Assembly (NCBI GenBank): GCA_945871905.1
Contig: CAMBXL010000006.1
Coordinates: 34,033-98,032 of the forward strand
Direction: 5' to 3'
From: Chitinophaga pinensis
Lineage (GTDB): Bacteria; Bacteroidota; Bacteroidia; NS11-12g; UBA955
DNA length: 64,000 bases
Shown: positions 1-10,377 of the stretch, in pieces
Layout: each line of letters opens with the position of its first letter
How positions within the stretch are numbered: the first letter of the stretch is position 1
The notes under the pieces: model-generated
What the model was told of the DNA's origin: nothing
The model's database searches: none
The model's input: the letters and a program-made list of their open reading frames with translations, nothing else
Translations under genes and position numbers: made by a program

Positions 1-2
1 AT

Positions 3-176
3 AAAACTGTGGTTATAGTATTTCAACCACTCATCAAAATCTTCACCATTTGCAAATGCATCGTGATGAATAATAATTTTATCTCCATAGGTACGTAAAT
101 CTAATTCTACACCATATTCCTTTGGTGTATCCTTTAGTTGTTGAATGGTATTAATGCGATGTGCTATTTTAAGCAT
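3..176 (-). CDS. 5' part of a GDPD/PI-PLC-like phosphodiesterase-fold protein (runs off the window)
   Basis: Hand translation from ATG at 176: MLKIAHRINTIQQLKDTPKEYGVELDLRTYGDKIIIHHD; AHR...GVElDlR...HD pattern of GDPD-like TIM barrels; not in the ORF track. Confidence 0.65.
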   Translation of the reverse strand, partial: MLKIAHRINTIQQLKDTPKEYGVELDLRTYGDKIIIHHDAFANGEDFDEWLKYYNHSF

Positions 177-179
177 TAC

Positions 180-1796
180 TTATATCTTATATACATGTAT
201 TGAATCTACTACCGCTACTTTTTCATAAATGGGGATATCAATAGTTGAGATAATGTATTTAACATTTGCTTTTCGCAATTCATTTAAATTCCATTTTGGC
301 GAACTAGTAATGATATTATATTTTTCAAACTCAAAAGAATATAAAAATGCCTTATTGGAAAATAAATTATTTTTGCCAGCCAGAACAAATTCTTCACTAT
401 TAATACGCTTCCAAATCTCCCATTTTTCATTGGGATAAATATTAAGATATGCATCAAAAGTTTTATACCCGTTAAACAATGCTATGCCCGGGACAAAACC
501 CAAACAAACACTATTGTTTTTTTTTATTTCTGGATATTGTCTTGATAATTGTTTAAAAGCTGCTGTTTTATAATATTCATGAAAACTTATGTAACCTTCT
601 TTTTTTTTGTAAATCCAAGTATTTCCAAAAACATTTTCGGCATCTGATGAACCATAATAGTCTTTTGGATAAACCAAAAACATAACCCAAATAACTTGAA
701 AAAACAGGAAAGTTTTTTTAAGAATTTCTGAATGTATAATGCTTAATGTATAAGCTAACAATCCATACCACAAGAATGGAAACAAAGCCCAAAACCTAAT
801 ATTTACCCTAGCATTCAACAAGTCTTGTTTATTAGAAATATAGATTGTTAAAAAACATAAAATTAAAATAATTATTGGTATTATAAATAATTTAACACTC
901 TCTAAAATTCCTTTTTTGATTACAATCCAAATTCCAACTACGAAAACTAAAAGTACTATTAAGATATGCAAACTATGGAAATGATAATGTCCAAAAAGAA
1001 ATGCAAGTCCTGTAACACCAATTATTCCTTTAAAATTTAATGCATTATTCGAATAAACTATATCCATTCTATTAGATTCAAAACCACTCAGCAACAATTC
1101 AATCAATTGGAATTCCGTGAAAATAGAAACAATTCCCAAAAAAACAAAAGGCAAAACTAATCTGAATGATAATTTCCATTGCTTATAAAAAATTCCTAAA
1201 ATAGAAAGTATAAACAATACCGGAAAGGAAAATAGGTTACCAAAAGGAATAGAACTAAAAAAAGGAAACACAATGATTATTATCCATTTGGTAAAGTTAC
1301 AATTACCTTTAAATATTGATACCATTGCCCATGCTAAAATTGGGAGGCCTGCAACAGTTAAACTTGCGCCTGGATAAAAAGGTAAAAAAGAAAAAGCTAA
1401 TGCTACACCATTAAAAATCAAGCTATTTTTAGTTATTGTTGATTTTAAAAAAATCCTCATGCCTATAAAAGCAATTAAGTGCTGAATTATATAGTGAACT
1501 ACATAGGCAATAAACGGAGGAAACAAATAAAAACAAAAGCTCAAAAAATTATAGGCTGTTGGTAGGGTTGCTCTTGGCACACCGCCCATTACACCTTCTA
1601 CTATGGAATTGCCTGACGACCAATAAGAAGTAGAGTTGCCTAAAAAAGTAAACAAAGGTAAAATGCCATCTAAATTATCATGTACTAAAAACAAAGCATG
1701 GTTAGGCATAAACACTAAAGGAAAAAAGAATACAAACTGCATAATAGCAGAAAGCCACTCGTAAATATACTTTATTATTAATTGTTTAATTTTCAT
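180..1796 (-). CDS. Polytopic membrane protein, DUF6044/YkoS-like (possible GT-C-type glycan modifier)
   Basis: HDNLD motif near N-terminus, about 11 hydrophobic segments, soluble C-terminal domain; located in the polysaccharide locus. Confidence 0.6.
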   Translation of the reverse strand: MKIKQLIIKYIYEWLSAIMQFVFFFPLVFMPNHALFLVHDNLDGILPLFTFLGNSTSYWSSGNSIVEGVMGGVPRATLPTAYNFLSFCFYLFPPFIAYVVHYIIQHLIAFIGMRIFLKSTITKNSLIFNGVALAFSFLPFYPGASLTVAGLPILAWAMVSIFKGNCNFTKWIIIIVFPFFSSIPFGNLFSFPVLFILSILGIFYKQWKLSFRLVLPFVFLGIVSIFTEFQLIELLLSGFESNRMDIVYSNNALNFKGIIGVTGLAFLFGHYHFHSLHILIVLLVFVVGIWIVIKKGILESVKLFIIPIIILILCFLTIYISNKQDLLNARVNIRFWALFPFLWYGLLAYTLSIIHSEILKKTFLFFQVIWVMFLVYPKDYYGSSDAENVFGNTWIYKKKEGYISFHEYYKTAAFKQLSRQYPEIKKNNSVCLGFVPGIALFNGYKTFDAYLNIYPNEKWEIWKRINSEEFVLAGKNNLFSNKAFLYSFEFEKYNIITSSPKWNLNELRKANVKYIISTIDIPIYEKVAVVDSIHVYKI

Positions 1797-2985
1797 CCTT
1801 TAGTTTAAGTAATTGATTGTAAAGCTTTTCCATTTTGACTTCATAATCTAAATGGTCTTCGGCATATTTTCGCATTTTTTGGGGTAAATCTTGGTCTTCC
1901 AAGGCTTTTTTTGCAAACTCAATTACTTTTTCCATGTCAATGTGGCTATCATCATTGGGAAATTCTAATGCAAACTCTTTGGACTCTTCATTCAAGTCAG
2001 GGTCATTATAGGCATAGAAAAATGGTAAGCCGCGGGCAATATATTCTCTTGTTTTAAGAGTTGATGCTTCTTTTAATTCTTTTTTAAACAAGGAAAGCGT
2101 TGAAACACCAATATGAACATCTTGTAATAGTTGATCAATTTCTAATTTATTTTTATAACCAACGATTTCAACATAACTTCTTTCTGGAATTTCACCACTT
2201 ATTATATGGCCACAAATTAATAATTTAATTTTTTGATGAGGGTTTAATATATTATCTATTGAGTCAATTAATCTATCTAATCCATTCCATGGAGCATTAT
2301 TAGATGTTCCTTTTAGAAATATAATTTTTAAAGGTAGTTTTAAACCAATATTTTTTTTAACATCATAACTCTTAACACTGATTCCATTTGGTATAACAAT
2401 TACTTCTTTAGCGCCTTTATTTTCTTGATATTCTCCTATTTCTTTTGTAACAGCCACAACACCAGCAATATTCTTGACAAATAATCTTCCAAATAATTTT
2501 TCATTTAAAATTGGTACAAAATTATATTGAAACCAACTTAAGAACTTAGAAGGTTTTAAGCCAAAAAGATTATTATTTGCCAAACTTTTAATTTCTTCAT
2601 ATTCTTTTGATTGGTGTTCTGATATTATTTTTTTTCCGAATTTCTTTGAAATCTTATAAAGTAGAAATGACGATCCTGGAAACCTGAAATATAATAAATC
2701 TGAAATTAAATAATACCTTTGTATATAGTCATGAGTTGCTTTATCTAAAATAATTTTTTGACCAATAGATCTAAAATATTTCCATTTACACTTCTTTACA
2801 GGAATTAAATTTACAAATTCATTTAATGGTGTTATTTCGGATACTTCTGAACTTAAAAAAACACCTTCACAATTTGCGCCCGCTTTATTCAGATATTTTA
2901 TTTGATTAATTACTTTAGTTTGAACAGAAGAACCCTTTAAACTTGGTGATGTAAAAATGTATTTAATTGATAAATTATTCATCAC
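1786..2985 (-). CDS. GT-B glycosyltransferase (GT4-like)
   Basis: VIPNGI, GLDRLI, STLKTREYIARGLP motifs. Confidence 0.85.
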   Translation of the reverse strand: MMNNLSIKYIFTSPSLKGSSVQTKVINQIKYLNKAGANCEGVFLSSEVSEITPLNEFVNLIPVKKCKWKYFRSIGQKIILDKATHDYIQRYYLISDLLYFRFPGSSFLLYKISKKFGKKIISEHQSKEYEEIKSLANNNLFGLKPSKFLSWFQYNFVPILNEKLFGRLFVKNIAGVVAVTKEIGEYQENKGAKEVIVIPNGISVKSYDVKKNIGLKLPLKIIFLKGTSNNAPWNGLDRLIDSIDNILNPHQKIKLLICGHIISGEIPERSYVEIVGYKNKLEIDQLLQDVHIGVSTLSLFKKELKEASTLKTREYIARGLPFFYAYNDPDLNEESKEFALEFPNDDSHIDMEKVIEFAKKALEDQDLPQKMRKYAEDHLDYEVKMEKLYNQLLKLKDEN

Positions 2986-5900
2986 GTTGTTTTTAACTTC
3001 TTTTTTAAATAATTAATGTATAAATATGGATTTAAATAAATTTCTAATTTCTTAAATCGTTTCAAATTTTTGGTATTGTATTGTTTATAATGACTATGTG
3101 GGATAGGTTTTTCGTTGATATAAGAATTTAACTCTTCGTTAGTTAAATCAAATTTCTTAGCAACAAATTCGAAATCATTTTCAAGAATATCTTTGCTTGG
3201 ATAGGAAGGCTTTTCTAATTCTTTTATTGCCTCTTGTTTACTTATTTGACCTGAGTTGATCAAACTTGCTAAATGCGCTTTTCTTTTATCTACTCCAAAC
3301 TTTGCAGGTAATACATAGCCCTGATAAAAACGGGTGAATATAGATTCATAATGTTTACCACCATAATCTCTCCAACCCATTTTTTCTATTATCGTTTCTT
3401 TTGCGTTGTCCTTGTTATAATAGACAAAATCTAATAATGGATGAAATTGAATATTGTGTTTTTTGGTTTCCAAATATTCTTTTAATGGACTTAAAAGTTT
3501 AGTTGTTTTAAGTGGTTTTGTTCCAAATTTTTGGTGAATATCGTTAATATTATCAGTATCGGCTTTGTTATACCTCATTGAATGTGGTAAAATAAACTCT
3601 GTTTGATGATTAGTTCCTGATAAAATAGATTTAATTCCTTTACTTTTGGCTAAATTAAACAATGTTGCTTTTATCAAATGATCCGTTGGAACTTCCCAAT
3701 CTAAAACTGATGATTTAATATAGGACAATTGTAAATCTTTAAACTCTTCCCAATCTACAACATGGGTATATAAATCGAATCCTGTATAATCTACTATCCT
3801 ATTGATATTGTCTACTGCCAATTCACTGTTCCAGCCATTGTCAAAATGGACTAACAAAACTCTAATATTCCATTCCTTGGCTAAACAAACCAAATAAGAA
3901 CTATCTACGCCACCACTCAATCCTAATATTGCTTGGTATTTTCCTTTAGCACTTTTGATAATCTCTAGTGAATCTTCTAAATACTTTTGCTTTTGGGTTT
4001 CAGAAAGTGGATTTAATACATAAGCTTTTTCATAAGCCTGACAGTGGTTGCAAACTCCATTACTATTGAATGTTAAACTTGGATCGTCATTGGTGTCTAA
4101 TACACATTTACTGCACTGTATTGCTTCTGTTTTCTGCATAAATTCACTGATTAACTTGTAATTGATAGCTTGCCAAAGCTGAACTGCAAGAACATCTGTT
4201 ATGGTTTTGTTTTTTAACTGTTCTAAAAAAACTGACTTGTCTTGGAAATTTAATTCTTTTAAAAACAGATCTAATTCAGTTCTACTTAATAATTCTTGTG
4301 CATAACTGTTAAGCTCATTGTTAAACCATGAAACCAATGGAGAACCAATCCCAACTTTAAATGTTCTCTCTACTATAGAATGTGGTACTATCTCTTTTAA
4401 TGCATCTCTAACTATTCTTTTGGTATATCCCATCCCCAATTTGTGTTCTATTGGTAATTGAAAGCAAAATTCTACTAATCTATAATCCATAAATGGCATT
4501 CTTATTTCTACACTGTTTTGCATTGAAGCCCTATCAAAATGCATTAAATAACATGGCAAACTATAAATAAAAAAATCATTAAGTATAATTTGATTTTCAT
4601 AGGAAAATTCTTCAAAATGATATAATTCATCACTGAGATGATTGGCTTCATTAGGGATTTGTATTTTTTCTACTTTTGGCTTTTTCGATCTTAATAAAGA
4701 TTTCAACTTAACTTTTAAACTATTCTTGTTTTTTTCTACTTGGCTTATCAGTGAACCGAGCCTTATACTTACCGATTCTCTGTTATTTTCATGATACAGG
4801 TTCACCAAAACCTCTTTAACTAAAATTGCTTTTTTAATACTTCCAATTTCTAAATAGTAGTAAAACAACTTGTCTAACATATACCGATAGCCAAATAACA
4901 TTTCATCTACGCCATGACCATCCAATGATACAATCACTTTTTCATTGCGAACTCCTTCGTAAATTTTCGTAATAGCATTCATTGGCGTACCCGCAATTGT
5001 ATCAAATTTTTTTGTAACCTGCTCTATTTCTTGAGCCAAGTGGTCCATATTGTTACTAATACAAACCCAATTTTCTTTGCCCCATTTTTCAGCTACTACT
5101 TCAGCATATTGTTTTTCATCCATTTCTGTTCCTGGAAAAACTGCTGTAATGGCTTTTTTACATTGTTGAGCTTGTCGACTGTTATTGTTTGATTTTTCAC
5201 TTATGTGATTTACCATAGAATACACAGAGGAGGAATCTAAACCACCGCTTAATGCAGAAGCTAATGGTACATCTGAACGCATTCTTATTTTACATGCATT
5301 TTCAAACAAATTATAAAATGACTTTACATTTTCTTCGTATGAATTGGTATTGGGTTTTTTTATTTTAGCTCGAATGTCATACCATCTTTTTTGCTTGGGC
5401 AATGGTTTCCCTTTTTGAATTGTTAAAGTATGTCCAGGAAGTATTTGATAAATGTTGTCATAAATCGTTAATCCTAATCCTTCATGTGCTAATGAATTGT
5501 CAACTATTTCTTTTAATCGTTCTTTATTAATTTTTCTTTCAAAACCTTCTAAATTTTTGAATGCAATAGTCTCAGAGGCAAAAGCTATAAAGTGGTCATT
5601 GAAAGTATAATAAAGTGGCTTTATCCCAAATCTATCTCGTGCTAAATACAAACTTTTGTCTTGTTCATCCCAAATGGCGAATGCCCACATGCCATTAAAC
5701 TTGTCTAAGCAAGTTTTGCCCCAGTGGGAATAGGCAGCTAATATTACTTCTGTATCTGTGTCTGATTTGAAAACATGACCCAACTGCTGAAGTTCTTCTC
5801 TGACTTCAATAAAATTAAAGATTTCGCCATTGTAAATAATCCAATAACGCCCCTCGGCATAACTCATGGGTTGTTTACCGGCTTCACTCAAATCTAAAAT

Positions 5901-6059
5901 AGACAAACGGCGCTGACCCAAACCAAGCGTATTATTGTCAAACAGCTCATAACCTGCCCCATCGGGACCACGGTGAACCATTGAATCCGTGAAACGTTTT
6001 AAAGTTTCATATGAAACTAAATCGTTATTAAATTTCCAAATACCTGATATTCCGCACAT
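2982..6059 (-). CDS. asnB: Asparagine synthase-like amidotransferase (aa 1-640) fused to a WbpG/PseA-like N-acetyl-sugar amidotransferase (aa 641-1025)
   Basis: MCGI N-terminal nucleophile, HRGPD, RDRFGIKPLYY, LSGGLDSS; then MQKTEAIQCSKCVLD...CNHC, LSGGVDSS, HFDNGWNSELAV, GGKHYES, DKRKAHL. Confidence 0.9.
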   Translation of the reverse strand: MCGISGIWKFNNDLVSYETLKRFTDSMVHRGPDGAGYELFDNNTLGLGQRRLSILDLSEAGKQPMSYAEGRYWIIYNGEIFNFIEVREELQQLGHVFKSDTDTEVILAAYSHWGKTCLDKFNGMWAFAIWDEQDKSLYLARDRFGIKPLYYTFNDHFIAFASETIAFKNLEGFERKINKERLKEIVDNSLAHEGLGLTIYDNIYQILPGHTLTIQKGKPLPKQKRWYDIRAKIKKPNTNSYEENVKSFYNLFENACKIRMRSDVPLASALSGGLDSSSVYSMVNHISEKSNNNSRQAQQCKKAITAVFPGTEMDEKQYAEVVAEKWGKENWVCISNNMDHLAQEIEQVTKKFDTIAGTPMNAITKIYEGVRNEKVIVSLDGHGVDEMLFGYRYMLDKLFYYYLEIGSIKKAILVKEVLVNLYHENNRESVSIRLGSLISQVEKNKNSLKVKLKSLLRSKKPKVEKIQIPNEANHLSDELYHFEEFSYENQIILNDFFIYSLPCYLMHFDRASMQNSVEIRMPFMDYRLVEFCFQLPIEHKLGMGYTKRIVRDALKEIVPHSIVERTFKVGIGSPLVSWFNNELNSYAQELLSRTELDLFLKELNFQDKSVFLEQLKNKTITDVLAVQLWQAINYKLISEFMQKTEAIQCSKCVLDTNDDPSLTFNSNGVCNHCQAYEKAYVLNPLSETQKQKYLEDSLEIIKSAKGKYQAILGLSGGVDSSYLVCLAKEWNIRVLLVHFDNGWNSELAVDNINRIVDYTGFDLYTHVVDWEEFKDLQLSYIKSSVLDWEVPTDHLIKATLFNLAKSKGIKSILSGTNHQTEFILPHSMRYNKADTDNINDIHQKFGTKPLKTTKLLSPLKEYLETKKHNIQFHPLLDFVYYNKDNAKETIIEKMGWRDYGGKHYESIFTRFYQGYVLPAKFGVDKRKAHLASLINSGQISKQEAIKELEKPSYPSKDILENDFEFVAKKFDLTNEELNSYINEKPIPHSHYKQYNTKNLKRFKKLEIYLNPYLYINYLKKKLKTT

Positions 6060-6060
6060 A

Positions 6061-6765
6061 TTATATATTAATTTTCAAAAACTCTATCCAATTATTATTA
6101 AAAATTCCTTCTTTTTCCTCTTCTGCCAAACCTAATTCATTAAATATTTGATTTAATATATTAACCTGATTGCTTGGAGATGCAAAAGGATAGTCAGTTC
6201 CAAAAAAGAGTTTTTCTTTTGCTGTAAATTTTATAAGTTTTTTTAAATCATCTCGACAGCTTGAATCCTCCAAATATTGAAGAGATAAAGATAAATCATA
6301 ACCAACATTAGTAAAAGTTCTTAAATGAAAATAATACTTTAATATTTCATAACCACCAGCATGAGCTATTATAAATTTCCTGTCTGGAAAAACTTTAATT
6401 AGGTTTATTAACTCCTTCAAATTGGGTTGGTAAATTATATCCTCTCCATAATAAAAAGCATCGTAAATAATAGGAATGTTTTCGTCTAATTCTTTCAGTC
6501 TTTGAATTAAAAACGGATAATCTTTTTCCGCGATTTTTTGAATTCTACTGTGAATTTTTAAACATACTATTTTTTTTTCTTTTTTCAGGTTTTTGAAATA
6601 TAAAATGTCTTTATCAAAATCAAAAATTAGACTATGATAATGATTGGGGTATAGAGATGAATATTGCTCATAAGATTCAATTGAATTGAAAATAATATTA
6701 CCTGAAGATATGGAAATATCGTAATTTTCCATTCCTGTTTCTATATGTATATGACAATCGAACAT
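6061..6765 (-). CDS. Amidohydrolase-superfamily metal-dependent hydrolase/decarboxylase
   Basis: DCHIH, IAHAGG, FGTDYP motifs. Confidence 0.8.
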   Translation of the reverse strand: MFDCHIHIETGMENYDISISSGNIIFNSIESYEQYSSLYPNHYHSLIFDFDKDILYFKNLKKEKKIVCLKIHSRIQKIAEKDYPFLIQRLKELDENIPIIYDAFYYGEDIIYQPNLKELINLIKVFPDRKFIIAHAGGYEILKYYFHLRTFTNVGYDLSLSLQYLEDSSCRDDLKKLIKFTAKEKLFFGTDYPFASPSNQVNILNQIFNELGLAEEEKEGIFNNNWIEFLKINI

Positions 6766-6769
6766 GTAA

Positions 6770-7888
6770 TTAAAATAAATTTAGTGTTTGGACAAGTTTT
6801 TCTTTGGGCACTACTGTTAGGCACACTCTTATGTAATCCTCAAATTGACTACCGTAATTTCTTCCTTGTGTTACTATTATCCCTTTGCTCTCCAAAGCTG
6901 AAATACAATCTTGTACGTTATCATATATAGGTGTAACTTTAACCATCATATAAAAAGAAGCTTCACTTTTTAACACCTCAAAACCTTTGGATTTTAAGAT
7001 GGATTCGGCAATATGAAAACGTTCTTTATACACCTGTGAACAATAATGAGTAAAACTCTCATAAGTTTCTTTGTTTAGATTTTCTAAAAGAAACAATGCA
7101 AAGCTATTGACACAGGTGCTGATATGTTGGTTGAATAAATTAAATTTTTGGATAAACTCATAGTTCCCTTGGACATAAGCCAAACGCATACCAGGTAAAG
7201 ACATAGACTTGGAAAGCGAACCCACTCTGATTACTGTATTGCTATTTATCCATTCATGCAGTGGCTCTTTAAGGTCAAATACCAAATTTTTATAAACCTC
7301 ATCTAACACTAACCATATTTCTTGTTTCTCACAAAACGAAATCAAATCTTGTAATTGCTCTTTGGTAAATAACTGCCCTATGGGATTATTGGGGTTATTC
7401 AATAATAAAACTTTCGTTTTTTGATTTAAAAGTTCTTGTTTTAGCTTTTCAAAATTATAAGAATTTGAATTAAAATCATATTCAAAACCAGTCCAATTTA
7501 TATTTAGACTTATACAAATATCAGGATAACTGAGCCAATAAGGCTGAAAGAACATGACATGGTCTTGTTGGTTTGTTATGGTTTTAAGGGTTAAATAAAT
7601 GCCATATTTTGCTCCAGAACAGAGGCTTATTTCAGTTTGTGGATTAATATTTGGGTTCTCTTTAAAAACTATCTGATGCAAATTTTTTAAAGCCTTTATA
7701 CTGCCTTTGGTTGGAGTATATGCAAAGTTAGGTGATTGCACAAAATCCTTGGCTAAGTTAATAATCTCACTTGGCGGAGGAATGTCAGGCGAACCTACCG
7801 CAAGATTTGCAAAAACCGGAATTTCACTAAGCCCTTTGGACATTGAAGCTGAAGGAGTAATATGATTTAATGAGTTGTTAAATCGCAT
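6770..7888 (-). CDS. PLP-dependent aminotransferase class I/II
   Basis: NNPNNPIG, DEVY, SLSKSMSLPGMRLAY. Confidence 0.9.
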   Translation of the reverse strand: MRFNNSLNHITPSASMSKGLSEIPVFANLAVGSPDIPPPSEIINLAKDFVQSPNFAYTPTKGSIKALKNLHQIVFKENPNINPQTEISLCSGAKYGIYLTLKTITNQQDHVMFFQPYWLSYPDICISLNINWTGFEYDFNSNSYNFEKLKQELLNQKTKVLLLNNPNNPIGQLFTKEQLQDLISFCEKQEIWLVLDEVYKNLVFDLKEPLHEWINSNTVIRVGSLSKSMSLPGMRLAYVQGNYEFIQKFNLFNQHISTCVNSFALFLLENLNKETYESFTHYCSQVYKERFHIAESILKSKGFEVLKSEASFYMMVKVTPIYDNVQDCISALESKGIIVTQGRNYGSQFEDYIRVCLTVVPKEKLVQTLNLF

Positions 7889-9106
7889 TTAAATCGTGTT
7901 TAAAGACTTTAAAAAGTCAGTATAATTCTTATCTGCATCAAAATTATTGGCCCAAAAATCTTTCACTCCTTTTTTGAATTCATGATTTCTTGCCTTTGAT
8001 TCTAAAAATTCTTGTATTTGAACAGCTGCTTGTGAAGGAATAAAATCAAGTTCTAACAATACCCCAGTTTGCTTACTTACTATTTCAGGCACTCCACAAA
8101 TATTGCAACCCACTATTGGTATTCCAAAACTGATAGCCTCCATTAAACTTACAGGCAATCCTTCTAATTCACTTACGTTAATAAACAAATCTACAGCGTT
8201 TGCTTTATAGCATTCCATTAAGTCTTTATTAGGTACAAATCCTTTAAAAGAATAGTTATCTATATTTAATTCATTTTTAGCTTTTACTTTTACCTGTTCC
8301 ATCCCAATGCCTGTTCCAAAATGAGTCCAGTGATAGGGGATTTTTAAGTGGCTTAGTATTTCAATAATTAAATGAACTCTTTTGAGCGGAACAAAATTTG
8401 AGCATGAAACGATTTGATATATTTGATTATTTGAAATTGGATTTACTCCATTCTCAATAACTCCTAATTTTGATTTTACTAAGTTTTTAGCCCTTGAAAA
8501 ACGCTTATCCATATAATTTTGTCCATATTCTGACACTTGATACACTTTGTTTAACTTTGGTATTTCAACATAACGAAAAGGGTGGTATCCTCTTCCTTGT
8601 TGTTGTTCATCGAAATCAAATCCATGTGTTCTGCTCACAAGTTTTCCTTGCAATCCCAATTGCTTTGCAATAGCTAAAATAGAAGCCCAATCATTGAACC
8701 AATAAGAGTAGTATAAAGTTTGATGGGGTTTAAAAAGGTTTAAATGGTTGATGGTGATTTTTAATTCAATAGCATTATTTAATAATCCTACGAGTCTTTT
8801 AAAATTCCAATTAAACTGAGTAATATATTTAAATCGGTGTGGCGATTTAATAAATTCTAAAACAAACCATTTAATAACTATCCATCCATGTTTTAGTAGT
8901 ATTTTTTTAAGATAAACGGGTCTATTAGTTTCAAAATCTAGTACTTCCACATTGGGTGGCATGGGTAATTTTTCTGAACCATGACTTGACAAAGGAAAAA
9001 TAAAAATCTTTTCAAAAGCCTTTGACAAATAACTTATTTCTGTTTCCAAAAATGGTTCTCCCCCTTCATGAGGAAATTTTTCGGTAAAGAGGTAAAGATG
9101 CTTCAA
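7889..9106 (-). CDS. Glycosyltransferase family 4
   Basis: EGLPVSLMEAISFGIPIV (EX7E), HGFD; TTG start. Confidence 0.9.
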   Translation of the reverse strand: MKHLYLFTEKFPHEGGEPFLETEISYLSKAFEKIFIFPLSSHGSEKLPMPPNVEVLDFETNRPVYLKKILLKHGWIVIKWFVLEFIKSPHRFKYITQFNWNFKRLVGLLNNAIELKITINHLNLFKPHQTLYYSYWFNDWASILAIAKQLGLQGKLVSRTHGFDFDEQQQGRGYHPFRYVEIPKLNKVYQVSEYGQNYMDKRFSRAKNLVKSKLGVIENGVNPISNNQIYQIVSCSNFVPLKRVHLIIEILSHLKIPYHWTHFGTGIGMEQVKVKAKNELNIDNYSFKGFVPNKDLMECYKANAVDLFINVSELEGLPVSLMEAISFGIPIVGCNICGVPEIVSKQTGVLLELDFIPSQAAVQIQEFLESKARNHEFKKGVKDFWANNFDADKNYTDFLKSLNTI

Positions 9107-9117
9107 TTAAAATACTT

Positions 9118-10377
9118 TTATAACCTTTGGAGACGAAATATTACCTTTTCAATAGGAGTCATAACAACAATTGCAAGTTGAATTATAGCACAATGAATTT
9201 TACCCCAAATAGGGATATTGGATTTAATTTTATCTTCAATCGCATTCACAACCTCATTTACAGGGTAATTATAACCATATTGCTGAAACCATTCCAAACT
9301 TTTCTTACCCATTGAATCAGTACTTACCTTTTCAGATATACAATTACTTAGCGCCTTCGTTAGGGTTATTTTATCATAAGCATTAAGAATAGGATAGATA
9401 GTATTATCGTTTTCATCCCCTTTGTGTATGATAGTTTTTCCCATTGCCAATGCTTCATAAAGTGAAGTATAGGCTGGAAAAGCATCTGCGAGTTGCCCCA
9501 CAAATACATCACTAATTTTTAAACCATACAATAGATGTTTCTTTTCCATTTTAGGAAACCATTTTACGGAATCTGTTAACTCTAATTTATCTATCAATTC
9601 TTTAGATTTGTCAGTATCTGTTCCATAATCAATAGTTATAAGCGCAATTTTCTTTTCACGATAAATCGTTTTTAATTCTTTAATAGAATGAAAAAGTATG
9701 TCGTTACCCTTATCATGAATCGTATTTTTTGCAGCTACCCATTCATGCCTTACATGATGAAAAATCACAAAATCGAATTCACTTCTAATTTGGTCAAACT
9801 CTTTTTTATATTGTGATTTATTTAGATACTCCTGTGTATATTGAGGGGTATATAAATAAGGAATTCCAACTATTCTTTTGCCAAGTGGGTTAATTTTTCT
9901 TCTTTGTTTCTCCATTACCTCAGGAGCATTATTCATACTTAAAAAATCGGCGTATTTAATTCCATAGAATTGTTGTTTTGCCAACAAATGTAGTTTTAAT
10001 AACCATACAGGCGGTGGAAATCTATTTAACTCATAAAAGGGATAATGCGTTAAATCGGTACCAATAGCATAAAACATATTCAGCTTAATTCCGGCTTTCC
10101 AAAGTATTGAAGGTGCCCACTCAACACCAATATAAAAATCAAAGCCATTTATTTTATCTCTTATTTGTTTTTTTGTTAATTTTAAAAGATCGTCCCTATC
10201 CCATCCTAAATTAATTTTTTTTAGACTTATTATTGGTTCATGTGAATCTGCTTCTATTTTAAAATGATTATATTCACTTAAAAAAAAAATTGTAACATCA
10301 TATCCTTTGTCTATCAAAGCTCTTGCAGTTACTGATGGAATATTATTCATATTACCAAGGATGGCAATTTTTTTCAT
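9118..10377 (-). CDS. Putative GT-B glycosyltransferase
   Basis: GNMNN N-terminus, KGNDIL, YEALAMGKTII; locus context. Confidence 0.65.
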   Translation of the reverse strand: MKKIAILGNMNNIPSVTARALIDKGYDVTIFFLSEYNHFKIEADSHEPIISLKKINLGWDRDDLLKLTKKQIRDKINGFDFYIGVEWAPSILWKAGIKLNMFYAIGTDLTHYPFYELNRFPPPVWLLKLHLLAKQQFYGIKYADFLSMNNAPEVMEKQRRKINPLGKRIVGIPYLYTPQYTQEYLNKSQYKKEFDQIRSEFDFVIFHHVRHEWVAAKNTIHDKGNDILFHSIKELKTIYREKKIALITIDYGTDTDKSKELIDKLELTDSVKWFPKMEKKHLLYGLKISDVFVGQLADAFPAYTSLYEALAMGKTIIHKGDENDNTIYPILNAYDKITLTKALSNCISEKVSTDSMGKKSLEWFQQYGYNYPVNEVVNAIEDKIKSNIPIWGKIHCAIIQLAIVVMTPIEKVIFRLQRL

